64,000 nucleotides of DNA from an uncultured Actinomycetes bacterium. GTDB lineage: Bacteria; Actinomycetota; Acidimicrobiia; Spongiisociales; DATADW01. Position 1 is the first letter of the stretch. The number at the start of each line of letters is the position of its first letter. The stretch is taken from assembly GCA_963824995.1 (NCBI GenBank), contig CAWGRK010000002.1:248001-312000 (forward strand), read 5' to 3'. Position numbers and translations under genes: made by a program. The notes beneath the pieces are model-generated. The model was not told the DNA's origin, ran no database searches, and saw only the letters and a program-made list of their open reading frames with translations. Shown here in pieces: positions 39,421 through 50,123 of this stretch.

Positions 39421-40773
39421 ACGGACTACCAGGAAGCGGTGGAGTACCTGGACCGCCACGTCCAACTCGGTGTCAAGCCCGGTCTGGAGAGGATGCGAGG
39501 CATCCTGGAGTTGATGGGGAACCCGGAACGGGCCTACCCCATCGTCCACATCACCGGGACCAACGGCAAGACGACCACGGCGCGCATGGTCAGCGCGCTG
39601 GTGGCGGCACACGGGCTCTCCGCTGGGACGTTCGTGTCACCGCACCTGCAGCGGGTCGAGGAGCGCTTGTCGCGTCATCTCCTGGTAGCCACTTCCGACG
39701 AGTTCGCGGAAGCGATCACGGATGTCGCCGCATTCGTCGAGGTGTGGACCGCCCAGGGAGGTGAGGAACCGACCTACTTCGAACTCACCGCTCTCGCCGC
39801 CTTCTCGTGGTTCGCCACCGAGGCGGTGGATGTCGGGGTGATCGAGGTGGGTCTGGGGGGCAGGCTCGACGCCACCAACGCAGCCGACGGCGTCGTCGCC
39901 GTGGTCACCGGGGTCGCCAGGGAACACACCGAGTACCTGGGCGACACCATCGAGGAGATCACCACCGAGAAGGTTGCCATAGCCAAATCGGGGGCGGTCC
40001 TCGTCACCGGGCCGATCCCACCCGAAGCAGAGAGCGTCGCCGCTTCCCGCGCCATGGAGATCGACATCCCGCACCGGCGTTACGGCAACGACTTCCAGGT
40101 CGCGGACGCACAACTCGCCGTCGGTGGCTGGCTGGTCGACGTCGAAGGGGTTTACGACACCTATCCCGAGATCTTCCTTCCGCTCCACGGCAGACACCAG
40201 ACGGTGAACTTCGCAATTGCCGTCGTCGCCGTCGAAGAGTTGTTGGGCAGGCCGCTATCAGTCGATGCCGTCCGCCGAGGTGCGGCCGGCATCACCTCAC
40301 CCGGGCGGCTCGAAGTGGTGCGGCGACGTCCTCTCGTCTTGATCGACGGCTCCCACAATGAGCAGGGGTTCGACGCACTCGAGCAGACGCTCGCCGAGGA
40401 GTTCGGCCCGCGCTCCTGGGTGCTGGTCATGGGTGTCATGGGGGACAAGGATCGGGAGGCGATGGTCCGCCGACTCGATCCGCAGCTGTTCTCCTCGGTG
40501 ATCGCCACTTCCGCTCGAGGAGCCCGGCCCGTAATTCCCGAAGAGCTGGCTCGGTCGATCAGGTCGGTGTGGGGCGATGCCGTGCCCATCGAGACAATCG
40601 AGCGTTCGGATGGGGCGATCCTCCGTGCCCTCGAACTGGCCGGCACCGATGGCTCGGTGGTGGTCGCCGGCTCGCTCTATCTCGCCGGTGAGGTCCGGGA
40701 GACGCTGGGCATCCGCCAAGAGGGGATGGCCCTGGAGCGGTCCTACCATCCCGCCGCCCTAGCGGAGGAGTGA
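39421..40773 (+). CDS. folC: folylpolyglutamate/dihydrofolate synthase; start uncertain (ACG 39421 or GTG 39439)
   Basis: HITGTNGK, SPHL, EVGLGGRLDATN, PGRLE, DGSHN, GSLYLAG. Confidence 0.93.
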   Translation, partial: TDYQEAVEYLDRHVQLGVKPGLERMRGILELMGNPERAYPIVHITGTNGKTTTARMVSALVAAHGLSAGTFVSPHLQRVEERLSRHLLVATSDEFAEAITDVAAFVEVWTAQGGEEPTYFELTALAAFSWFATEAVDVGVIEVGLGGRLDATNAADGVVAVVTGVAREHTEYLGDTIEEITTEKVAIAKSGAVLVTGPIPPEAESVAASRAMEIDIPHRRYGNDFQVADAQLAVGGWLVDVEGVYDTYPEIFLPLHGRHQTVNFAIAVVAVEELLGRPLSVDAVRRGAAGITSPGRLEVVRRRPLVLIDGSHNEQGFDALEQTLAEEFGPRSWVLVMGVMGDKDREAMVRRLDPQLFSSVIATSARGARPVIPEELARSIRSVWGDAVPIETIERSDGAILRALELAGTDGSVVVAGSLYLAGEVRETLGIRQEGMALERSYHPAALAEE

Positions 40774-40774
40774 G

Positions 40775-41182
40775 GTGGCCGAGGAACGCACTTTCATCAT
40801 GGTCAAGCCCGACGGTGTGGCGCGCGGATTGGTCGGCGAGGTCATCGGGCGGCTGGAGCGAAAGGGCCTCAGCCTCCGCCAGATCAGGATGTTGGTGATC
40901 GACGAGGAGATGGCGGGCCGTCACTACGCCGAACACACCGAGAAGCCATTCTTTCCGGATCTGATCGAGTTCATCACCAGCGGGCCGGTGGTGGCCATGG
41001 AATGGCGCGGCGAATCGGCGGTGAGCGTCGCCCGCACCCTCATGGGGGCGACCGATCCCCGCGCGGCCACACCGGGGACTCTGCGGGGAGACTTCGGGTT
41101 GATCGTCACCGAGAACATCGTTCACGGCTCGGACTCTCCGGAAAGCGCGCAGAGAGAACTCGCTCTGTTCTTCGGGAGCTAG
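40775..41182 (+). CDS. ndk: nucleoside diphosphate kinase
   Basis: MVKPDGV, PGTLRGDF, NIVHGSDS. Confidence 0.96.
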   Translation: MAEERTFIMVKPDGVARGLVGEVIGRLERKGLSLRQIRMLVIDEEMAGRHYAEHTEKPFFPDLIEFITSGPVVAMEWRGESAVSVARTLMGATDPRAATPGTLRGDFGLIVTENIVHGSDSPESAQRELALFFGS

Positions 41183-41302
41183 CTGAGGCGGCAGACGGCA
41201 GCCGAGCCGATTCCCAACACTGGTGTCAATACTCGCCCCCCTCCCCGGCGGGCGGGCTGAGGCCGGTGGCTATGCTGGCCCAACCTCGACCGGGATGCCG
41301 TC

Positions 41303-42331
41303 ATGCCGGATTCTCTTTTCTCCATCGGCCAGGACATGGCCATCGACCTCGGGACCGCCAACACCCTGGTGTACGTACGCAACCAGGGGATAGTGCTCAA
41401 CGAGCCGTCGGTGGTCGCCATAAACACGCGCAACAACCGCGCCCTCGCCGTGGGTATGGAGGCGAAGCGGATGATCGGGCGTACCCCCGCCTACATCCAG
41501 GCGATACGGCCGCTGCGCGACGGGGTGATCGCTGACTTCGACATCACCGAGAAGATGCTTCGCTACTTCATCCAGAAGGTGCACCGCAGGCGGTTCGCCC
41601 GCCCCCGGATCGTGATCTGCGTGCCATCGGGGATAACGCCGGTTGAGCGGCGAGCCGTCGAGGAGGCCGCCTATCACGCAGGTGCCCGCCGCGCCTACAC
41701 CATCGAGGAGCCGATGGCGGCCGCCATCGGGTCGGGACTGCCGATTCACGAGCCGGCGGGGAGCATGGTGGTGGATATCGGCGGTGGGACCACCGAGGTG
41801 GCGGTGATCTCGCTCGGTGGCATCGTCGTTTCCCGCTCGATCAGGGTCGCCGGCGACGAGATGGACGAGGCGATCATCGAGTGGGTCAAGAAGGAGCACA
41901 ACCTCTTGCTGGGGGAACGCACCGCCGAGCAGCTCAAGATGGCGATCGGCTCCGGCTACCCCTACCCGGACGAACCATCCGCCGAGGTGCGGGGCCGCGA
42001 CCTCATAAGCGGGCTCCCCAAGACGGTCGTGCTCCACTCGAGCGAGCTGCGCGAGTCGATCGAGGAGCCGGTGGCGGCCATCGTCGACGCAGTGAAGTAC
42101 ACGCTCGACAAGACACCACCCGAGCTGGCCGCCGACATCATGGAGCGAGGAATCGTCCTAACCGGCGGCGGCGCCATGCTGCGCGGGCTGGACGAGCGGA
42201 TCGCATACGAGACCAGCATGCCCATCATCACCGCAAACCGCCCGCTCCAGTCGGTGGTTGTGGGCTCGGGCAAGTGTCTCGAGGAGTTCGATGTCCTCCA
42301 AGGGGTGCTGGTCTCCTCCAGCCGGCCCTGA
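41303..42331 (+). CDS. mreB: rod shape-determining protein MreB
   Basis: [32 protein letters not shown]. Confidence 0.96.
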   Translation: MPDSLFSIGQDMAIDLGTANTLVYVRNQGIVLNEPSVVAINTRNNRALAVGMEAKRMIGRTPAYIQAIRPLRDGVIADFDITEKMLRYFIQKVHRRRFARPRIVICVPSGITPVERRAVEEAAYHAGARRAYTIEEPMAAAIGSGLPIHEPAGSMVVDIGGGTTEVAVISLGGIVVSRSIRVAGDEMDEAIIEWVKKEHNLLLGERTAEQLKMAIGSGYPYPDEPSAEVRGRDLISGLPKTVVLHSSELRESIEEPVAAIVDAVKYTLDKTPPELAADIMERGIVLTGGGAMLRGLDERIAYETSMPIITANRPLQSVVVGSGKCLEEFDVLQGVLVSSSRP

Positions 42332-42370
42332 CCTCCTGATGTCGTTGTCCGAGTCGCCGGGAGCAGACCG

Positions 42371-43279
42371 GTGAGGGAACTCCGACGCGGCGGCCGCCGC
42401 ACACTGGTAACCACCGTGGCGCTGGTAGTGGTGTCATTCGTGCTCATGACCTTCGACCTGCGCGCCTCGGGCGAGGGGGTCGGGGGCACCCTCCGCACCG
42501 GCGCCCAGGCGGTGTTCTCGCCGGTGCAGGGGCTGCTCGGCAGGGCCATCGCCCCGGTGGTCGACGTTGTAGACGGCATGGCCAATCTCGCCGGCTTGCG
42601 CGAGGAGAACGCCCTGCTCCGCGCCGAGCTCCAGGAGATGCGGACGCGGGTGGCCCGGGTCGACGAATTGGAAGCCCAGGTCGCACTGCTCCAGCAGGCT
42701 CAGGACCTCGAACTGGACCGCGAGGACATCACCCGCGTAACCGCCAACGTCCTCGGTGGGAGCGACCCGCTCGATCTGAGCTTCTCGATCGACCGCGGCA
42801 CCGCCGATGGCGTGCTCGTTGGCAACCCGGTGATCGATCCCGCAGGGAACGTCGTCGGGGTGGTCACCGACGTGTTCGAAGGCGGGGCCCGGGTGCTCCC
42901 GATGGTGGCACCCACCGAGGCGGTTGGGGTCACCATTGGGGCGCAGACCGGCGTTGTCATCGGGAGCGGGAACCCCAATCGGATGGACTTGGAGATCCTC
43001 GAGGCGATCGGCCCGCTCGGAGAAGGCGACGTCGTCGTCACCGGGAACACCACCAGCTATCCGGCCGGCCTCCCCGTGGGTACGGTGGTGGGTGCTGCCA
43101 CCCCGGAGGCTGCATATCTGACAACTCAGGTGAAACCGCTGGCCGATGTGACCCGTCTGCGCGTCGTTCTTGTCCTTGGCTGGCCGCTGCCCGGCGAGCC
43201 CGGTGTGACCGCCTCGACCACCGAAGGCGGAACCTCTGGGACCGATGACACCACCGACACGACGGTGAGCGGCGGATGA
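42371..43279 (+). CDS. mreC: rod shape-determining protein MreC
   Basis: TM segment, coiled coil LREENALLR, IDRGTADG, YPAGLPVG. Confidence 0.9.
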   Translation: MRELRRGGRRTLVTTVALVVVSFVLMTFDLRASGEGVGGTLRTGAQAVFSPVQGLLGRAIAPVVDVVDGMANLAGLREENALLRAELQEMRTRVARVDELEAQVALLQQAQDLELDREDITRVTANVLGGSDPLDLSFSIDRGTADGVLVGNPVIDPAGNVVGVVTDVFEGGARVLPMVAPTEAVGVTIGAQTGVVIGSGNPNRMDLEILEAIGPLGEGDVVVTGNTTSYPAGLPVGTVVGAATPEAAYLTTQVKPLADVTRLRVVLVLGWPLPGEPGVTASTTEGGTSGTDDTTDTTVSGG

Positions 43280-43785
43280 TCCTCAGATCGCGGATCCTGC
43301 TTGCGTTGGCTGCGGTGCTGGTGTCGGTGCTCATCCAGACCACGCTGTTCCGCGAGGTCCGGCCTCTCGGCGTGGCGCCCGACCTGGTTCTGCTGACGGT
43401 GATCGCCGCCGCTCGCTGGCTCGACCCCCAGCCGGCGGTGCTCCTCGGGTTCACCGGGGGCATCGTGGTCGACCTTCTGGGTGCCCAGGTCCTCGGTTTG
43501 CGGGCGCTCGCCTATACGGTCGTCGCCTACCTCACCGTGCGTCTCCGCGACCGGATGGAGGTCAATGTCCTCACCTGTGGCGCCATCCTCGTAGGGCTGG
43601 TAGCGGTTGGCGTGCTCATCATCGGGGTTGTCGGTACCCTGGTCCAGGAGCAAACCGTGACCAGTCCTGGATTTGCCCGCGCCCTTCTTCTCGTTCCCCT
43701 TTACGACCTCGTGCTGGGGATTGCGGTGCTGCCCTTGATGACCCGCCTCCTCCGGCTCAGCGAGCGGGAGAAGGCGCTGCTGTGA
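43276..43785 (+). CDS. mreD: rod shape-determining protein MreD
   Basis: hydrophobic; PDLVLL and GIVVDLL; follows mreC. Confidence 0.88.
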   Translation: MILRSRILLALAAVLVSVLIQTTLFREVRPLGVAPDLVLLTVIAAARWLDPQPAVLLGFTGGIVVDLLGAQVLGLRALAYTVVAYLTVRLRDRMEVNVLTCGAILVGLVAVGVLIIGVVGTLVQEQTVTSPGFARALLLVPLYDLVLGIAVLPLMTRLLRLSEREKALL

Positions 43786-43810
43786 CCCGGAACCCGACGG
43801 ACCCTCTCTC

Positions 43811-45757
43811 GTGGTGACCCCGAGCGCCGAAGAGACGCGGCCCCGTTCCTCCCGTCCCGGGTGGCGGTTGGTGATGCTCACCGGGATGTTCCTGATCCTG
43901 TTCTTCCTTCTGTTCACCCGTCTCTGGTTCATCCAGGTGGCGGCGGGGAAGACGTACCAGACGCAGGCGAGCCGTCAGACGGTGTACCAGGTCTCCACCC
44001 AGGCGCCGAGGGGCGAGATACGCGATCGGGAGGGCCGGCTGCTCGCCACTTCACGCTTCGTCCCGGCGATCCTGGTGGACCGCAAGCAGCTTCCGACCGA
44101 CCTCGTCGAGGACGTGCAACAGCAGCTCTCGACCATGCTCGACATTCCGCCCGGCGAGATCGCCGACGCATTCGAGACGGGCGGACCGCGGATCACCATC
44201 GCCGAGGTGGATGCCGAGACCGCCTACCGGGTGATGGAGCGCCGTCGTCAGCTTCCCGGGGTGGTGGTCGAGTTGGTGCCCGCCCGTGTCTACCCCGAGG
44301 GCGATGTGCTCGCCCATGTCCTCGGTCACATCGGACGGCCCAGCGAGGAGGACGTCGCCGAGCGCCCCGAAATCGACCCCAATGTGATCATCGGGAAGGC
44401 AGGGGTGGAGCGGACCTATGACGAGTTCCTCCAGGGAGACCCCGGGACCGTCTCATACCGGATCAACGCCAGGAACCAGGTGATCCGCGAGCTCCGCGAG
44501 ATCCCACCCACACAGGGCGACACCATCTACCTCACTATCGACCTCGAGGTACAGCGCGAGCTCGAGGAGGTGCTCGAGGGTGTCATCGAGCTCTCCAACG
44601 AGGTCAAGGCGACCGATGAGGACGAGATCTTCCTCCACACCACCGAGCGCGCCGCCGGCATGGTCCTCGACCCGAAGACGGGTGAGGTCATCGCCATGGC
44701 CTCGTACCCCGACTTCGATCCATCGGTGTTCGTCGGGGGACTCAGCCAGACCGAGTTCGAAAGCCTCAACGAGAGCCAGGCGTTCAACAACCTCGTCATC
44801 CAGGGCGAGTACGCCCCTGCCTCCACCTTCAAGGCTGTTGGCTACGTCACCGCCCTAGAGGAGCAGATGTGGCCCGAGGACATCACCGTTCCCGGCCCCG
44901 AGGGAACCGTCGAGTGCGACGGGAGGATCGAGTTCCCCTTCGGAGACGGCAGCCAAGAGGTCCTCTACGACTGGTACCACCCAGAGGACTACGGATCGCT
45001 CGACCTGCACACCTCGCTTGCCCGTTCCTGCAACATCTACTTCTGGAAGGTGGCGCTCCGGATCTGGCGTGACTACCAGGGCACCGAGCGGGAGAACTTG
45101 TTGCAGAACTGGGCCCGGCAGATGGGGTTCGGCTCCACCAGCGGGATCGACCTCCCCTTCGAGCACGACGGCCTGGTGCCCGACCGCGCCCTCTTCGAGG
45201 ATCTCGCCGCCGAGGGTGTCATCCGCAACACCGGATGGCAGGGGGGCGACCTGATGAACATGGCGGTCGGCCAGGGCTTCATGCTGTCAACGCCGCTGCA
45301 ACTGGCCAACGCTTACGCCTCGATCGTCAACGGCGGTGTGGTGTGGAAGCCCCACGTCGTCCAGTCGGTCCGCGACGCCTCTGGTACCGAGGTGCTCTCC
45401 AACGACGCCGAGGTGGTCCGCCGCCTCGACATCGACCCCGCCACCATTTCGATGTTCCGTCAGGACCTCACCCTCATCCCGTCGATCGGGACAGCCCAGG
45501 GAGCATTTGCCGACTTCGGTCCCGGGTTGGAGCAGGTGGGGGGCAAGACCGGGACGACCAAGGGAACCGACACCCGGGACCCGACGGCGCTATTCGTCGG
45601 TGTTGCTCCGGTTGACGACCCCCGCTACGTGGTGGTGGTGGTGGTCGAGGAGGGGGGCAACGGAGGAAGAGTGGCTGCGCCGGGTGTCCGTCGTATCCTC
45701 CAGTCGCTGATGGGGAACACCCCCACCGAACTCGTACCTGGCGAGGAGTCGGACTGA
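43811..45757 (+). CDS. mrdA: penicillin-binding protein 2 (class B)
   Basis: APRGEIRDR, STFK (SxxK), SCN (SxN), KTGT. Confidence 0.92.
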   Translation: MVTPSAEETRPRSSRPGWRLVMLTGMFLILFFLLFTRLWFIQVAAGKTYQTQASRQTVYQVSTQAPRGEIRDREGRLLATSRFVPAILVDRKQLPTDLVEDVQQQLSTMLDIPPGEIADAFETGGPRITIAEVDAETAYRVMERRRQLPGVVVELVPARVYPEGDVLAHVLGHIGRPSEEDVAERPEIDPNVIIGKAGVERTYDEFLQGDPGTVSYRINARNQVIRELREIPPTQGDTIYLTIDLEVQRELEEVLEGVIELSNEVKATDEDEIFLHTTERAAGMVLDPKTGEVIAMASYPDFDPSVFVGGLSQTEFESLNESQAFNNLVIQGEYAPASTFKAVGYVTALEEQMWPEDITVPGPEGTVECDGRIEFPFGDGSQEVLYDWYHPEDYGSLDLHTSLARSCNIYFWKVALRIWRDYQGTERENLLQNWARQMGFGSTSGIDLPFEHDGLVPDRALFEDLAAEGVIRNTGWQGGDLMNMAVGQGFMLSTPLQLANAYASIVNGGVVWKPHVVQSVRDASGTEVLSNDAEVVRRLDIDPATISMFRQDLTLIPSIGTAQGAFADFGPGLEQVGGKTGTTKGTDTRDPTALFVGVAPVDDPRYVVVVVVEEGGNGGRVAAPGVRRILQSLMGNTPTELVPGEESD

Positions 45758-46917
45758 TGGCGACACTTGCTCGCTCTCAGGCGGTGGTGGTCACAGAGCG
45801 GCGCCGCCCCGGACCCGACCTCTTCCTCACTGCGGCGATGGTGGTGCTGAGCGGGCTCGGCCTGCTGATGGTGTACACCGCATCACGCCCACTGCTGGCA
45901 TTGCAGGGAGACGATCCCCAGGGTCTGGTGCGCCGACAACTCATCTTCGTCGGGATCGGTCTGGTCTGTTTCGTGGTCTCCTCGCTGATCGACTACCGGC
46001 TGCTCAAGACGCTGGTGCCCGCCGGTTACATAATCTCGGTCCTGGCGCTGGTGGGGGTGCTTTTCACCCGTCCGGTCAATGGCGCCCGGTCTTGGTTCCA
46101 GCTTGGCTTCGTCCAGATCCAGCCATCCGAGATCGGCAAGGTGGCGCTCATCCTCACCCTCGCCGCAGTGCTCGCCCCGGCCCACAGCCGCGGTCTGTCG
46201 TGGCGCCGGCTGCTGCTCGCCGTGGTGCTCGCCGCAATCCCCATGGCACTGATCTTCCGCCAGCCCGACTTCGGCACGATGGTGGTCTGGGGGTTCATCG
46301 CGCTGATCATGCTGTACGCCGGTGGGGCGAGCATGCGCCAATTCCTCCTGTTGACGGCATCCGCCATCGCCGGGGGTTGGGCGCTGTTCCAGGCGAAGGT
46401 GCTCGCCGACTATCAGATAACCCGCCTCACCAGCTTCCTCGACCCGACCGCAGATCCTCAACAGGCAGGTTGGAACCGACTCCAGTCGGAGTTGGCGATC
46501 GGTAGCGGCGATTTGTTCGGCAAGGGTTTGTTCCACGGCACCCAGACCGAGTTGAGCTATGTCCCAGCCCAGCCGACCGACTTCATCTTCACCGCGGTGG
46601 GGGAGCAGCTTGGATTCGTCGGAGCCGGATTGGTCCTGGTTCTGTTCCTGGTGATCGTGTGGCGTCTGCTGGTGATCGCGGCGAGGGCACGCGACGCATT
46701 CGGCGGGTTGATCGCAGTCGGGGTCGCCGCCTTCATCGTGGTCCACACCTTCGTCAATGTCGGCATGACCATCGGGATCATGCCGGTGACCGGGCTGCCC
46801 CTCCCGTTCATGAGCTACGGCGGGTCGTTCTATATCACCACCGCCATCGCCCTCGGTCTGGCGCACTCGGTGTGGCGGCGCAGGACCCCGGTGCCGGGGA
46901 ACCGCTTCCTCGACTGA
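45757..46917 (+). CDS. rodA: rod shape-determining protein RodA (SEDS)
   Basis: QPSE, QPDFGT, AIGSG, TDFIF, GLPLPFMSYGGS. Confidence 0.93.
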   Translation: MATLARSQAVVVTERRRPGPDLFLTAAMVVLSGLGLLMVYTASRPLLALQGDDPQGLVRRQLIFVGIGLVCFVVSSLIDYRLLKTLVPAGYIISVLALVGVLFTRPVNGARSWFQLGFVQIQPSEIGKVALILTLAAVLAPAHSRGLSWRRLLLAVVLAAIPMALIFRQPDFGTMVVWGFIALIMLYAGGASMRQFLLLTASAIAGGWALFQAKVLADYQITRLTSFLDPTADPQQAGWNRLQSELAIGSGDLFGKGLFHGTQTELSYVPAQPTDFIFTAVGEQLGFVGAGLVLVLFLVIVWRLLVIAARARDAFGGLIAVGVAAFIVVHTFVNVGMTIGIMPVTGLPLPFMSYGGSFYITTAIALGLAHSVWRRRTPVPGNRFLD

Positions 46918-46952
46918 AGCTCGCCGGGAGCGACCGGTTACGCTCCCCGGCT

Positions 46953-47540
46953 GTGCGGCGACGTGACGACATCGGCTGGGTCGAGGTGATCTGCGGGCCG
47001 ATGTTCTCCGGGAAGAGCGAGGAGCTCATCCGGCGGATCACCCGCTCGATGATCGCTCGGATCCCGGTCCAGACCTTCAAGCCGGCGGTGGACGACCGCT
47101 ATGCCGAGGCGAGGCTGGTCTCGCATAGCCACCTGGAGGTCGAGGCGCAGCCGGTGGGGGATTCCGACGAACTGCTCGGCTCGATCGAGGATGACACCGA
47201 GATCATCGGGATAGATGAGGGTCAGTTCTTCGATGATGGGCTCATCGAGGTGTGCGAGGGATTGGCGCTCGGTGGCAAGCAGGTCATCGTCGCCGGACTC
47301 GACCTCGATTACCTGGGTCGGCCCTTCCATCCCATCCCCGGGCTATCCACCCGGGCCGAGTACGTCACCAAGATGCTGGCTGTTTGCCACCGTTGCGGCG
47401 CCCCGGCGGCGTTCACCCAGCGGATCGTCGAGTCCGATGACCTGGTGGTGCTCGGTGCCACCGATGCATACGAGGCCCGCTGCCGGCGGTGCTACCGCCC
47501 GGGTGAGCCCTCCCAGCAGGCTCTCGCTCTCGGAAGGTGA
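46953..47540 (+). CDS. tdk: thymidine kinase
   Basis: GPMFSGKSEELIRR, IDEGQFF, AGLD, YEARCRRC. Confidence 0.93.
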   Translation: MRRRDDIGWVEVICGPMFSGKSEELIRRITRSMIARIPVQTFKPAVDDRYAEARLVSHSHLEVEAQPVGDSDELLGSIEDDTEIIGIDEGQFFDDGLIEVCEGLALGGKQVIVAGLDLDYLGRPFHPIPGLSTRAEYVTKMLAVCHRCGAPAAFTQRIVESDDLVVLGATDAYEARCRRCYRPGEPSQQALALGR

Positions 47541-47873
47541 GTTCACCCCGTCGAGTCAACCCCAGGGCTGGGGAGTACCGCCCCGGTAGCTGCCAAACCT
47601 GGGTTGGCGCCGGGGGGCAGCCTTCCGCTGCTACCCTCCACCCATCACTCGGGGTCCATCTGGCCCCGGTCACCAGGTCGTTCGAGCCATCGGAGCTAGC
47701 GGTGAGCGATTCCCGCGACGGACGCCCGGCCTTCTCACCGCCGGGCCATCCAATTGAGGGCTTTGCTGCTGTGCTCCGCCGGCCTGACCCCATAGAGATC
47801 ACCGGCCCAGTTGCCGCCCGAAGACCCCTTCAACGGATCGGGCCGCGCCACGCCGGGAGAGGAGAACTACCAG

Positions 47874-49398
47874 ATGCCGTGGTTTCGGAAGAAGTCCGCC
47901 GAGGTCATCCGCAAGGGTGTTGGCAACGACACGGTGGTCGAAGAGCGCACCACCCGGATGGTCTCTGGCGAGTTGGTCGAAGTGCGCCGGGTGCGCGATC
48001 TTCGTCCTTCGGTCCCTGCCCCAGAGCAGAAGCCGAGCGCACCGCGCCGCACCTCCCGTAGTAACGGGCCCCGGCTTCGGCCGGTAGAAGATGAGATCAT
48101 CATCCCGCCGGAAACGGCGCGCAAGCAGATGCTGGTCCGCACCATGCCCCAGCAGACCCAGATCGTGGTGCTCGAGGGACCTTCGCTTGTCGAGCATTAC
48201 GTCGCCCAGTCCGGTACCGCCTCACTGGTGGGCAACGTCTACCTGGGGAGGGTCAAGAACGTCCTTCCCGGCATGGAAGCGGCATTCGTGGATTTCGGCG
48301 CCAGCAAGAACGGCGTGGTCTACGCCGATGACATCGCATACGACCGCTCGGTTCATGGCCGCAAGCACCCCCGCATCGAGGACGTGCTCCATGAAGGCGA
48401 CGAGGTCCTGGTGCAGGTGGTGCGCGATGCGATGGGGGCGAAGGGTGCCCGCCTCACCAACCAGCCTTCGATCCCCGGGCGCTTCCTGGTCCTCGTCCCC
48501 GACAGCGATGCCCAGGGGATAAGCCGCCGGCTACCCGACGAGGAGAGGACCCGGCTGCGGGCCTTGGTGGACGAGGTGAAGCCCGACGATATGGGTGTCA
48601 TCGTCCGAACCGCCGCCGAGGGAGCCAGCCGGAGCGACATCGACGAGGACGTTTCCCGACTGGTCGGCACATGGCAGAAGATCCGGGATGCGGCCGACGC
48701 CGGCGGGGCTCCGCGGTCTGCTCTACGAGGAGCCCGAACTGCTTATCCGTGTGATACGCGAGCAGTTCACCCCCGATTTTCGCCGTCTGGTGCTCGACGA
48801 CGCCAAGGCGCACGAGGCGGTGGCGGACTACCTGCGGGCCACCACGCCCGAACTGCTGCCGAGGGTGCAGCTCTACAACGACCCGATGCCGCTCTTCGAG
48901 CGTTATCACGTCGAGGATCAGCTGCGCAAGGCGCTCGATCGTCGGGTCTATCTACCGTCGGGCGGGCATCTCGTCATCGACCGGACCGAGGCGCTGACGG
49001 TCATCGACGTCAATACCGGCAAGTTCGTCGGTACCTCGAGCCTCGAGGAGACGGTCCTACAGAACAACCTGGAAGCGGCGGAGGAGATCGGTCGTCAGCT
49101 CCGGCTGCGCGACATCGGCGGGATCATCGTCATCGACTTCATCGACATGGAGAGCGAGTCAAACCGCAGATCTGTGCTCCGCCGGTTGCGGGAGACGTTG
49201 GCCAAGGACCGCACCCGCACCCAGGTGTTCGATGTCTCCAACCTCGGTCTGGTCGAGATGACTCGCAAGAACGTGTCCGCCGGCCTGTTGGAGATGTTCT
49301 CCGAGCCCTGCCCGACATGCGAGGGCCGCGGCGTCCTGCTCCACGAAGAGGCCGCCGTGCAAGGCGTCCCGGTTGCGGCGATCCTCGAGGAGGATTGA
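47874..49398 (+). CDS. rne: RNase E/G family ribonuclease; frameshift near 48715
   Basis: GNVYLGRVKNVLPGMEAAFVD, KGARLT, IVRTAA; shifted frame gives IDVNTGK, RLRDIGGIIVIDFIDM, CPTCEGRG. Confidence 0.92.
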
Positions 49399-49480
49399 CC
49401 GCCCCACCCTCGAAGAGGATTGACTGGCACCGTATCGCGCTAATATCTGGCGCAATCCCCCTCCCCAGGGACCTCTTCTC

Positions 49481-49870
49481 ATGTATGCCATCATCCGCAC
49501 AGGCGGCAAGCAGGCGAAGGTTCGACCCGGCGATGTGATCGACGTCGAGTTGCTCAAGGGCGACTCCGAAGAGGTCGAATTCGAACCCTTGCTGGTGGTC
49601 GATGACTCCGGCCAAACTCACGCCGGCCGTGCCGCCCTCGGCGAGGCAAAGGTCAAGGCGAAGGTCGTGGGCGACTCGAAAGGCCCGAAGATCGATGTCG
49701 CCACCTATAAGTCGAAGGGGGGCAGGCGGAGGCACATCGGGCATCGTCAGCACTACACGACGATCGAGGTGACTGCCATCGACCTGCCTACGGCCAAGAA
49801 GAAGACCCCGGCCAAGGCGGCTGCCACCGACGCCGCAGCCGACAACGGACCCGAAACCGAGGAGACCTGA
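49481..49870 (+). CDS. rplU: 50S ribosomal protein L21
   Basis: [18 protein letters not shown]. Confidence 0.96.
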   Translation: MYAIIRTGGKQAKVRPGDVIDVELLKGDSEEVEFEPLLVVDDSGQTHAGRAALGEAKVKAKVVGDSKGPKIDVATYKSKGGRRRHIGHRQHYTTIEVTAIDLPTAKKKTPAKAAATDAAADNGPETEET

Positions 49871-49871
49871 G

Positions 49872-50123
49872 ATGTCGAAGACCAAGGCCGGTGGTTCGAG
49901 CAAGAACGGGCGCGATTCGCATGCGCAACGCCTCGGGGTCAAGGCGTTCGACGGTCAGGCAGTGACCGCCGGGAGCATCCTGGTCAGGCAGCGCGGTACC
50001 AGGATCCACCCAGGGGAGAACGTCGGCCTCGGCAGCGACGACACGCTCTTCGCCACCATCAACGGCAAGGTCCAGTTCGGCCGGCGCAACGGGCGGCGGC
50101 TGGTCAACATCCTCACCGACTGA
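49872..50123 (+). CDS. rpmA: 50S ribosomal protein L27
   Basis: [29 protein letters not shown]. Confidence 0.96.
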   Translation: MSKTKAGGSSKNGRDSHAQRLGVKAFDGQAVTAGSILVRQRGTRIHPGENVGLGSDDTLFATINGKVQFGRRNGRRLVNILTD

